Shown in pieces: positions 34,041 through 41,583 of a stretch of 64,000 nt of DNA (positions within the stretch are counted from its first letter, which is position 1; each line of letters starts with the position of its first letter). Location of the stretch: contig CACYFF010000006.1 in assembly GCA_902773665.1 (NCBI GenBank), positions 34,801 through 98,800 on the forward strand. The letters run 5' to 3'. The position numbers were made by a program, and so were the translations under genes. Below the pieces are notes generated by a model. It was not told where the DNA came from, ran no database searches, and was given only the letters and a program-made list of their open reading frames with translations. The DNA is from an uncultured Eubacteriales bacterium. GTDB lineage: Bacteria > Bacillota > Clostridia > Peptostreptococcales > Anaerovoracaceae.

Positions 34041-34593
34041 GGGGTTCTCCTTCGCTGTCGAACATGGGCAGCTTTTCCAGGTAGATGATGTCGTCGCGCT
34101 TCGCGGCGTCACCCTCCGCCAGGATGGTCATACGGCCGCAGACCGTGCCGCCGGCAGCTTCCACCAGAGCTTCGATCGCCTTCAGGGATTCGCCGGTAGA
34201 GATGACGTCGTCCACGACCAGGATCTTCTTGCCTTTCATCAGTGCGGCATCGGCGCCGTCGAGGTACAGCGTCTGCTGGAACCGCGTCGTAATGGAGTTG
34301 ACCGTTACGTGGAACACGTCTCTCATGTAGACCTTTTCCGCTTTTCTGGCCAGGATGTACTTCTTTTCGCCGGCCTGGCGGGCCATCTCGTGGATGAGAG
34401 GAATGCCCTTCGCTTCTGCCGTGATCATATAGTCGTGCTCCGGCATTCTCTTGACGAGTTCTCCGGCAGCTGCGACCGTAAGATCCGGATCGCCGAAGAT
34501 GACGAAGCCTGCGATGCACAGATCCTGCGTCAGCTTGCAAATGGGGAGTTTGCGGGTAAGACCCGCGATCTGCATTTCGTAATACTCTTTCAT
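34033..34593 (-). CDS. Type I phosphoribosyltransferase (Xpt/Apt-like)
   Basis: 186 aa. PRPP loop KKILVVDDVISTGESL; overall Xpt-like layout. Confidence 0.75.
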   Translation of the reverse strand: MKEYYEMQIAGLTRKLPICKLTQDLCIAGFVIFGDPDLTVAAAGELVKRMPEHDYMITAEAKGIPLIHEMARQAGEKKYILARKAEKVYMRDVFHVTVNSITTRFQQTLYLDGADAALMKGKKILVVDDVISTGESLKAIEALVEAAGGTVCGRMTILAEGDAAKRDDIIYLEKLPMFDSEGEPLE

Positions 34594-34653
34594 GGGGTAC
34601 CTCGTTTATAAATAGAAAAGGACAGCGAAAGCCGCCCTTGCCTGTACGGTGCT

Positions 34654-34911
34654 TTACTGCGCCTGCTGTGCCAGAGCAGCTTCGAGCGCCAGCGCGAGCT
34701 GATCGCCGCAGGATGTGTTCTTGTAGCCGCAGGTGTTGCCCTTCAGAAGTTCAATGACTTCCGTCGCGTCGTGACCTTCCACGAGCTTGCCGATGGCCTT
34801 CAGGTTGCCGTCGCAGCCGCCGATAAAGGATACGTCGTGGACTTTGCCGTCCGTTACGTCGAAATTGATGACCCGGGAGCAGGTCCCACTGGTTCTGTAG
34901 GTGTATTGCAT
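34654..34911 (-). CDS. TSCPD-domain small protein (TIGR03905-like)
   Basis: 85 aa. SGTCSRVINFDV.DGKV.DVSFIGGCDGNLKAIGKLVEG...GNTCG.K.TSCGDQL. Confidence 0.65.
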   Translation of the reverse strand: MQYTYRTSGTCSRVINFDVTDGKVHDVSFIGGCDGNLKAIGKLVEGHDATEVIELLKGNTCGYKNTSCGDQLALALEAALAQQAQ

Positions 34912-35061
34912 TTGGTGTTGCCTTTCTTGAGTTTATCTGATTTTGCCGCCTGTTACTGCACAAAAAGTATACACCAAACAGAAAACAAAATAAACTGCTT
35001 GCTTTTTGTCGGGCAGTGTTATAATATATTTGAGCGACATAAAGGAAACAGAAATTAGCAC

Positions 35062-35149
35062 GGACGATTGACCGAGTGGCTAAGGAGCTCGCCTGGAAAG
35101 CGAGTAGGGCTGAAAGGCCTCGTGGGTTCGAGTCCCATGTCGTCCGCCA
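35062..35149 (+). tRNA. tRNA-Ser (anticodon GGA)
   Basis: GGACGAT acceptor pairs with GTCGTCC. Anticodon stem-loop CTCGC-CTGGAAA-GCGAG, long variable arm, GGTTCGAGTCC T-loop, encoded CCA. Confidence 0.9.
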
Positions 35150-35154
35150 ATGCA

Positions 35155-35187
35155 CAAGACCCACCCTTTGCGGGTGGGTCTTGTTTT
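35155..35187 (+). terminator. Intrinsic terminator after tRNA-Ser
   Basis: CAAGACCCACCCtttgcGGGTGGGTCTTG followed by TTTT. Confidence 0.85.
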
Positions 35188-35205
35188 GTACGATGTGCGT
35201 ATTTG

Positions 35206-36426
35206 TTACTTCTGGATATCCACGATCTTCGTGTACAGTTCCAGCGGGAAAACGCCGTCGTGAGCCTCGCCGTCGAAATACTTGGACATATCCGCCAGAC
35301 GGGTGATGCGCGTGACCCCTGCATGGATCAGCAGTTCCTGGATCTTCGTGCCCGCCTCCAGCACGCCTGCCGTGTGCAGGTAGCCGTTATAGGGAGACAG
35401 CACCGATACGATCTGCTCCTGCGGCAGCCGCTTTACCAGCATGTGTCCGAACCGGCCGGAGCCGTCCAGCGCCTGGTCTTCGCAGGCCGTTAAGCAGCAA
35501 TGGTCCGCCTTGTAGTCCTTTTCGCCCGGCAGCGACTCTCTCTCTTTCGTTCTGGCGGTAAACCGCTTGAGCGTGCCTTCCGAGATGACGTTGTCGTTCG
35601 CTTCTTCCGTTACGAATTCGTTCTCCAGGATCGGCAGGAACCGTTCGCAGAACTGCTGCTGTTTCGCCGGGTCATCCGTATCGAGATAGATCACCTGGCA
35701 GCTGCTGGTAAGGAGCTGCTGCGTGCGGAAGATGTGGCGGGCGAGACCCTTCAGATCGTTCTCCACGCTCCAGTGCATAAAGTCGCCGGACAGATAGGCG
35801 AAGCTCAGTTTGTGACCCCACTCGAAGATCTTGGTATCCGGTTCCGTGATGCGCCGGATCGACCGGACGGCATCATCGCCGCCCCAGACGACGACTGCGT
35901 TGGACATCTCCGCCAGATAGCTTAACGTGTCCACGTCCGAAGAGGGTGCGTTTACAAGATAGATGTATTCGGAAAGCCGCGGCTCGAGATGGAGCAGGAT
36001 ATCCACCATCTTCTCCGTAAACCCGCCGTCATGGGAGGGAAGCTTAACGATGTTGATGTTGCCTGTGATGAGCCCTTCCAGCACCGTAAATACGGGCAGT
36101 ACGTCCGTATTGCCGGCCGCAATGTGCAGCAGCACGCCCAGAGGCACCCTGCGGCGGGTGAGTTCCGGGGTATCTTTCAGCGGGGTGAGTTCCTCCTCCA
36201 GCCGCTTCAGCAGCGTTCTTCTGCCCATCTGCTTTGCCGTGATGGACAGTCTTTCGGGGGAATTCGACAGGTCGTAATCGCCGAGGAGATCGCTGTATAC
36301 GCCGCTCTGCATCTCCCGGACGAGCACGTCCACCGCGTCCAGCACCGCATCTATGGGAAGCGCCGGACCCGTAAGTGTCCGGTGTATCTTTTTCCGCATT
36401 TCTTTCAGTTCTTCCATCTTCTCCAT
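35206..36426 (-). CDS. LuxC-family acyl-CoA (fatty acyl) reductase
   Basis: 406 aa. RRRVPLGVLLHIAAGNTDVLPVFTVLEGLITGNINIVKLPS...VVVWGGDDAV resembles the LuxC/ALDH-like family. GAGGAGG SD. Confidence 0.6.
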   Translation of the reverse strand: MEKMEELKEMRKKIHRTLTGPALPIDAVLDAVDVLVREMQSGVYSDLLGDYDLSNSPERLSITAKQMGRRTLLKRLEEELTPLKDTPELTRRRVPLGVLLHIAAGNTDVLPVFTVLEGLITGNINIVKLPSHDGGFTEKMVDILLHLEPRLSEYIYLVNAPSSDVDTLSYLAEMSNAVVVWGGDDAVRSIRRITEPDTKIFEWGHKLSFAYLSGDFMHWSVENDLKGLARHIFRTQQLLTSSCQVIYLDTDDPAKQQQFCERFLPILENEFVTEEANDNVISEGTLKRFTARTKERESLPGEKDYKADHCCLTACEDQALDGSGRFGHMLVKRLPQEQIVSVLSPYNGYLHTAGVLEAGTKIQELLIHAGVTRITRLADMSKYFDGEAHDGVFPLELYTKIVDIQK

Positions 36427-36534
36427 TCCTGCAACCTCCTCGATCAGACAGGTAACGACAGAACTCCGATTGTTAGTTTTAGTATACCAAAAAAAATATG
36501 ATAAAATATAGAAAAACGGAAAGGACGCGGCGGA

Positions 36535-37167
36535 ATGATCCTCTACGCAGCCGAAACAATTTTATACCTGACTTTTTTAGGAATGGATATTTTCGGTCTT
36601 GGAAACACGACGCCGCTAAAATTTCTATCTATTTTGTTATTGACCTTATCTGTTCTCGATTTCAGAGAAAAAACGGTGACCATCGCCCTCGCATTTACGG
36701 CAGCAGCGGACGTATTTTTGCTGCTGCTCGACCGGTATTACGAAGCCGGCATCCTCTGTTTTATCGCTGTACAGATCTGCTATGCGCTGCGTCTGCAAAA
36801 GGAGACCGGAGGATCCTTCCTCCCCTATCTCCTGTCCCCATTAGCCGGGCTCGCCGCCTGCAGCATCCGCGGGTTTGGCCTGACGGAAACCCTGGCCGCC
36901 GCGTATATCGCCCTGTTTGCGGTCAACCTCGTGCGCGCCTGCATTCTGGCAGGCAGCAGGCAGGAACGCAAATGGCTGCTGTTCGCCGTAGGGCTCGCCC
37001 TGTTCTTCTGCTGCGATCTCTGCGTCGGGCTGCACAACCTGCCCTCTCTTGGCTCTGCAGAGCTGCACCGCTTTGCGAACGTCGCCATGTGGGGCTTTTA
37101 TCTGCCGGGTCAGTGCCTTATCCGTGCGTCGGCCTATCCCGCCGTCAGAAAGGAAACGGTCCTATGA
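36535..37167 (+). CDS. YhhN-like (lysoplasmalogenase-family) membrane protein
   Basis: 210 aa, about 8 TM. AADVFLL and FFCCDLCVG segments sit where YhhN proteins carry GDxxL and FxxSDxxL. Assignment is by eye only. Confidence 0.4.
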   Translation: MILYAAETILYLTFLGMDIFGLGNTTPLKFLSILLLTLSVLDFREKTVTIALAFTAAADVFLLLLDRYYEAGILCFIAVQICYALRLQKETGGSFLPYLLSPLAGLAACSIRGFGLTETLAAAYIALFAVNLVRACILAGSRQERKWLLFAVGLALFFCCDLCVGLHNLPSLGSAELHRFANVAMWGFYLPGQCLIRASAYPAVRKETVL

Positions 37168-37850
37168 AAAGCAAAGGGTTTTCCTGCCTATTAGCTATCC
37201 TGCTCGCGCTGTTCGCCATCAGCGCTTCGGTCTCTGCACCCATCCTCTGCCGGCCGTTTTACTACGCCCACATCGAAGCGCTCGATATGCCGGAAAAGAC
37301 CGGATGGACAGCGGAACAGATCCGCGAGGCGTTCGACGACGTGATGGATTTTCTGCTGAAAGGGACAGAATTCCGGACCGGCGATCTCCTCTGGTCCGAA
37401 TCCGGAAAGACGCACTTTGCGGACTGCAAAGTGCTGTTTTACCTCGACCTTTGGATCTTCGCCGTTACAGGCGCACTGCTTCTCGCCGTCTTTTGGGCGT
37501 TCCGCCGCAAAAAACAAAGACCTGCCCGTCCGGCAGGCCATGGGCCTTCCTTCTGGGCAGGAGTTCTTATCCTCGTGTTATTCGGCGGATTCGGGGCGTT
37601 TGCAGCCAGCGATTTCGACCGGGCGTTTACCGTATTTCACAAGATCTTCTTCCCGGGAAAGACGAACTGGGTGTTCGATCCCCGCACCGATCAGATCATT
37701 CTCGTGATGCCGGAGGAATTCTTCCGCAACTGCGCCATCCTCATCGCGGCGCTCCTGGCGCTCTTCGTCGTCCTGTTTTTCGTCCTAGACAAACGGGTTA
37801 AAGTATCTTCCGTGGTTGACGAAAGCGGTAAGAACGACCGAGATCAGTAG
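37164..37850 (+). CDS. TIGR01906/DUF1461-like integral membrane protein
   Basis: The ATG at 37164 forms an ATGA overlap with the upstream stop. FDRAFTVFHKIFFPGKTNWVFDPRTDQIILVMPEEFF is characteristic. The track ORF start (36498) is an out-of-frame artefact over the upstream gene. Confidence 0.55.
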   Translation: MKSKGFSCLLAILLALFAISASVSAPILCRPFYYAHIEALDMPEKTGWTAEQIREAFDDVMDFLLKGTEFRTGDLLWSESGKTHFADCKVLFYLDLWIFAVTGALLLAVFWAFRRKKQRPARPAGHGPSFWAGVLILVLFGGFGAFAASDFDRAFTVFHKIFFPGKTNWVFDPRTDQIILVMPEEFFRNCAILIAALLALFVVLFFVLDKRVKVSSVVDESGKNDRDQ

Positions 37851-38615
37851 CACCGCCAGTCCCAGCAGCATCGCACCGAAGTCCCACGCCGTAAATTTGC
37901 GGTACCGGTACCAGGTGCGCTTTTTATTTTTGCCGAAACTGCGCAGTTCCATGGCGTTGGAGATCACCTCGATACGGTCCATGCTGGACAGGATGAGCGG
38001 CACCAGCGTGCCCGATGCGGTCTTCAGGCGCGCGCCCAGAGATGCCTTCTTCGACATCTCCACGCCCCTCGCCTGCAGCGACAGCGTAATGTCGTGATAC
38101 TCCCGCTGGATGTCCGGGATATACCGGAGCGCCAGCGCGACGGAATACGCGATCTTGTAGTTTACGCCGATACGGTTTAAGGACGAGGCGAATTCGCTCG
38201 GATCCGTCGTCGTAACGAACAGCAGGACGATGGGGATCGTCGCCGCGTATTTCAGGAACACGTTCAGATGATACAGCAGCTGTTCCTGGGTAAGGGTATA
38301 GCGCCCCGCGATGTGGAAGATCTCGTGGCAGCTCCCGTAGATCTCTGTCCCATGCATGGGAGAGAACAGGAAGATCAGCAGATTGTTGAGGAGGCAGAAC
38401 ACGAAGGTGAACCACAGCATAAACCGGATGTCCGCCACCCGGATCTTCGAGATCTTAAACAATACCAGTGCCAGGACGAACAGCGCGAACAGAAAGCGCG
38501 GATCGAAGCTGGACATGGCGCCGAACGACCACAGCAGCAGGCAGACCAGCTTCGATGCGCCGGTCATGGCGTGGATGGGAGAACGGCGTTCGATGTAGTT
38601 GAAGATGTTCATCAT
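37785..38615 (-). CDS. ecfT: ECF transporter transmembrane (T) component
   Basis: MMNIFNYIERRSPIHAMTGASKLV...ALRYIP...MELRSF. ATGA overlap with the ATPase gene. Confidence 0.8.
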   Translation of the reverse strand: MMNIFNYIERRSPIHAMTGASKLVCLLLWSFGAMSSFDPRFLFALFVLALVLFKISKIRVADIRFMLWFTFVFCLLNNLLIFLFSPMHGTEIYGSCHEIFHIAGRYTLTQEQLLYHLNVFLKYAATIPIVLLFVTTTDPSEFASSLNRIGVNYKIAYSVALALRYIPDIQREYHDITLSLQARGVEMSKKASLGARLKTASGTLVPLILSSMDRIEVISNAMELRSFGKNKKRTWYRYRKFTAWDFGAMLLGLAVLLISVVLTAFVNHGRYFNPFV

Positions 38616-40321
38616 AAGCCGCGCCTCGCTTTCCTGTCGCAGCGGATGAACCGCTCCGTAAAGGCCTTGGCGTCGTCGATGCCGCACAGACCCGCAAGCG
38701 TGTAAAGCGACGTCTTCTTAAGGCTGGCTTTTTCGATGAGCGCTGGATCGCTCAGCACCGCTGCCGGACTGTCATCCGCCAGCAGGCGCCCTTCGGAGAA
38801 CACCAGCGACCGGTCGCAGTATTCCAGCATCAGATGCATGTCGTGGGTAATAAGTACTACGGTGACCCCGGAGCGGTTGAGTTCCTCCAGGAACTCCATG
38901 ATCTCCGTGTAGCGGCGGAAATCCTGTCCCGCCGTAGGTTCGTCCAGAAGGATCATGTCGGGCTTTAAGGACAGGATCGATGCGATGGTCACCCGTTTCT
39001 TCTGCCCGTAGCTGAGCGCGGAGACCGGCCATTCCACAAAGGGCGAAAGGCTGCAGGTGGCAAGCGCCGCATCGACGGCCGCGTCCACCTCTTCCTGCGG
39101 TCTTTCCCGCAGCACGAGCCCCAGACCCACTTCGTCCTTGATAAACACTTTGGAGATCATCTGATTGGGGTTCTGCATCACGTAGCCCACGTGTTCCGCG
39201 CGTTCCTTGATGCTCAGATCCGCCGTATCGATCCCCTTCAGGAAGATGCTCCCCTCCTGCTGATGCTCAAATCCGCAAACGAGCTTGCACAGCGTGGATT
39301 TGCCGGCGCCGTTGCGGCCCGCGATGGCGGTCATCTCCCCCTTGCGCAGCGTAAGGGAGATATCCTTGAGAGCCTCGAATCCGTTGGCATAGCGGAACGT
39401 AAGATCCTTCACTTCCAGAAGAGGTTCTGCCGGCTCCGCCTTTTCCGTTTTCGGGGCGGTCTCGAACCAGGCGCGCACCTTTTCCTTATCCGCGTCGCTT
39501 AAGGCCAGCGTCTCGATGTGAGCCGGACGCATGGAAGGGTCGACAGCCACCCCGGCGTACTTGAGCGCCGTAATATACAGTGGCTCCCGGATGCCGGTCG
39601 TCTGCAGCAAACGGCCGCAGAGCAGCTCCTCGGGCGTCGTGTCCGCCAGGATGCGGCCTTCCTCCATCAGGACGACCCGGTCCATGTGGCAATGCAGAAC
39701 GTCTTCCAGGCGGTGTTCGATGATGATGACCGTCTTGTTCTGCTCCTTCGCGATGCGGTCGATCAGCTCGATGGCGGCTTCTCCAGCCGCCGGGTCGAGA
39801 TTCGCCAGCGGCTCGTCGAACAGCAGCACGTCCACGTCGTCCACGAGAACGCCGGCGAGCGATACGCGCTGTTTCTGGCCGCCGGACAGCTCGTGCGGCG
39901 CATGGGAAAGATGCCCCTGCACATCCACGAGCCGTGCGGACGTATCCACCCGCTGCTTCATCTCGTCCACCGGCACCTCGTCATTTTCGAGGGCGAAGGC
40001 GATGTCTTCCGCGACGGTGAGCCCGACAAACTGGGCGTCGGAGTCCTGCAGCACCGTGCCGATCACCTTGGAACGGGTAAAGATGTCGCTGTCGCGGGCT
40101 TCTTTGCCGCCGATCGTAAGGCTGCCGGTATATTCTCCGTCATACGAAAACGGCGCCAGTCCGTTGAGACACGAGACGAGCGTCGATTTGCCGCAGCCGG
40201 AAGGCCCTGCGATGAGGACCTTCTGGCCGGGATAGATGTCCAGGTCGATGTCGTACAGCGTCGGTTCTTTCTGAACCGTGTACTTAAACCCGAAGTTTTT
40301 AAAAGAGATGATGGGTTCCAA
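38612..40321 (-). CDS. Fused double ATPase (EcfA-EcfA') of a dedicated ECF transporter
   Basis: Two ABC modules (GPSGCGKST / LSGGQKQR / LLFDEP and GRNGAGKST / LSYGQKKR / ILLDEP). The probable TTG start at 40321 is 4 nt after the upstream stop; the alternative ATG at 40378 overlaps by 55 nt. Confidence 0.85.
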   Translation of the reverse strand: MEPIISFKNFGFKYTVQKEPTLYDIDLDIYPGQKVLIAGPSGCGKSTLVSCLNGLAPFSYDGEYTGSLTIGGKEARDSDIFTRSKVIGTVLQDSDAQFVGLTVAEDIAFALENDEVPVDEMKQRVDTSARLVDVQGHLSHAPHELSGGQKQRVSLAGVLVDDVDVLLFDEPLANLDPAAGEAAIELIDRIAKEQNKTVIIIEHRLEDVLHCHMDRVVLMEEGRILADTTPEELLCGRLLQTTGIREPLYITALKYAGVAVDPSMRPAHIETLALSDADKEKVRAWFETAPKTEKAEPAEPLLEVKDLTFRYANGFEALKDISLTLRKGEMTAIAGRNGAGKSTLCKLVCGFEHQQEGSIFLKGIDTADLSIKERAEHVGYVMQNPNQMISKVFIKDEVGLGLVLRERPQEEVDAAVDAALATCSLSPFVEWPVSALSYGQKKRVTIASILSLKPDMILLDEPTAGQDFRRYTEIMEFLEELNRSGVTVVLITHDMHLMLEYCDRSLVFSEGRLLADDSPAAVLSDPALIEKASLKKTSLYTLAGLCGIDDAKAFTERFIRCDRKARRGL

Positions 40322-40323
40322 GG

Positions 40324-40872
40324 CTATTTCTTTTCCAGACTGTCTTTCTTGGGCTTCGTAGCGGAATACGCGACGCACAGGATGGTGCCGACGATGGCGG
40401 TGGTCACGATATTGGCGAGAGCAGCGACGAATCCCTGCAGGAACACCTTATTCCAAGGCTCCGCGTACATTACGATGTCCAGGATAGGCGCTACGACGAC
40501 CCACGCCAGCACATGTGCCACTATCTGATAGATGTTGAACGTAACGATGCGCTTGCCGTCGAACTTCTCCGTGGCGAGCTTTACGTGGTTCTTGGAGATG
40601 CCGATCACAAGGCCGAATACGGCAGATGCGATGACCCAGCTCCACCAGATGCCCCAGCCGTAACTGAAGTCGATCAGGGCGTGGCCGATGAAGCCGGCCA
40701 GCAGCGCGACGAAGGGGCCGAATGCGGCGCCGAACAGCGCCAGCACGCCGTACTGGATGGAGATGTTCGTGTTGGGCACGGGGCTGGGGATCGCTACGAA
40801 GCGTCCGCAGACGAAGAACAATGCGGCACCGATGGCGATGGCCACGATGCTCTTTACAGGTGTATTTTTCAT
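40324..40872 (-). CDS. ECF transporter substrate-specific (S) component, UPF0397-like
   Basis: About 182 aa, 5-6 TM. ATG 40872 has GGAG 8 nt upstream. First gene of the S-AA'-T module. Confidence 0.65.
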   Translation of the reverse strand: MKNTPVKSIVAIAIGAALFFVCGRFVAIPSPVPNTNISIQYGVLALFGAAFGPFVALLAGFIGHALIDFSYGWGIWWSWVIASAVFGLVIGISKNHVKLATEKFDGKRIVTFNIYQIVAHVLAWVVVAPILDIVMYAEPWNKVFLQGFVAALANIVTTAIVGTILCVAYSATKPKKDSLEKK

Positions 40873-40945
40873 AAATATCACTCCTTTATAGTATATTTTT
40901 GCTAATATGCTCCCCTATTTTACTCTCAATGCGGACCAGTTTCAA

Positions 40946-40981
40946 GAAAAAAGAACTGCCCAACTATGGGCTGAGCAGTTC
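40946..40981 (-). terminator. Intrinsic terminator ending the 44624-40999 operon
   Basis: The minus strand reads GAACTGCTCAGcccatagTTGGGCAGTTC followed by TTTTTT. TTGAAA, 17 nt, TAAAAT for the ECF operon follows. Confidence 0.8.
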
Positions 40982-40998
40982 GAGAGGTTATTCGCGCA

Positions 40999-41190
40999 TT
41001 ATTTCTTTTTCTTCTTAGCCTCCGCCTCGAGCACCGCAATGATGCGCTCCCGGTCTTTGGGAGTCAGCTCGTCGGTCTTGCCTTTGAAAAAGTCCTCGAT
41101 AATGCCGTAATGGACGCCGGATTTGTAATTGATCTTAAATTCGCCGATCTCCAGGCGTTCTTTCATCCTGCGCATCTCTTCGTTCGTCAT
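40999..41190 (-). CDS. Small hypothetical protein (63 aa, Lys-rich tail)
   Basis: Strong AGGAGA SD, 15 nt after the hypA-like stop. MTNEEMRRMKERLEIGEFKINYKSGVHYGIIEDFF... I recognise no family. Confidence 0.45.
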   Translation of the reverse strand: MTNEEMRRMKERLEIGEFKINYKSGVHYGIIEDFFKGKTDELTPKDRERIIAVLEAEAKKKKK

Positions 41191-41205
41191 CTTGGGTTTC
41201 TCCTT

Positions 41206-41580
41206 TTATGCTTCCTGCAGCCCATCTTCCGGACTGTCTTCCACTTCGATCTGCTTGATATTCATCTCGTTGCCCTGCAGCAGCCAGGTGTTGCTGCTGC
41301 CGCAGTGGGGACAGGTCTTCCCGAAGGCCACGGTGGGATATGTTTTCTTGCAGTCGTCGCACCAGGTGACGGCGGGGATCTCTTCACAGATCAGCTTTGT
41401 GCCGGTAAAGAGCGGAAACTTCTTCGTGTACCAATCCCAGTAGCTGTACAGATACGAGGTCACGATACCGGAGACTTCCCCGAATTCCAGCGTTACGGAA
41501 GCGATCTTCTTAACGTTATTCTCCTCCGCGATCGCCGTTACCTTCTTAACGACGTAATTGACCAGGCCCAGTTCGTGCAT
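41206..41580 (-). CDS. hypA: HypA/HybF-family zinc/nickel metallochaperone-like protein
   Basis: 124 aa. MHELGL N-terminus (MHE motif) plus CDDC...CPHC zinc site. Confidence 0.7.
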   Translation of the reverse strand: MHELGLVNYVVKKVTAIAEENNVKKIASVTLEFGEVSGIVTSYLYSYWDWYTKKFPLFTGTKLICEEIPAVTWCDDCKKTYPTVAFGKTCPHCGSSNTWLLQGNEMNIKQIEVEDSPEDGLQEA

Positions 41581-41583
41581 ATC

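Noticed and set aside
34594-34653. Purine riboswitch expected upstream of the Xpt-like phosphoribosyltransferase.
   Set aside because: Only 60 nt separate it from the upstream stop, and part of that is terminator-like. There is no room for the ~70-nt aptamer and no conserved purine-riboswitch loops.
36498-37163. N-terminal 222 codons of the 450-aa track ORF 36498-37850.
   Set aside because: They are out of frame over the YhhN-like gene. The real gene starts at ATG 37164 (ATGA coupling), with a signal-anchor-like MKSKGFSCLLAILLALFA.
41206-41580. HypA-like gene taken as a marker of a [NiFe]-hydrogenase maturation cluster.
   Set aside because: No hypB-F, hydrogenase subunits, urease or CODH genes lie within the window. 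It is reported only as an orphan in an unusual operon.
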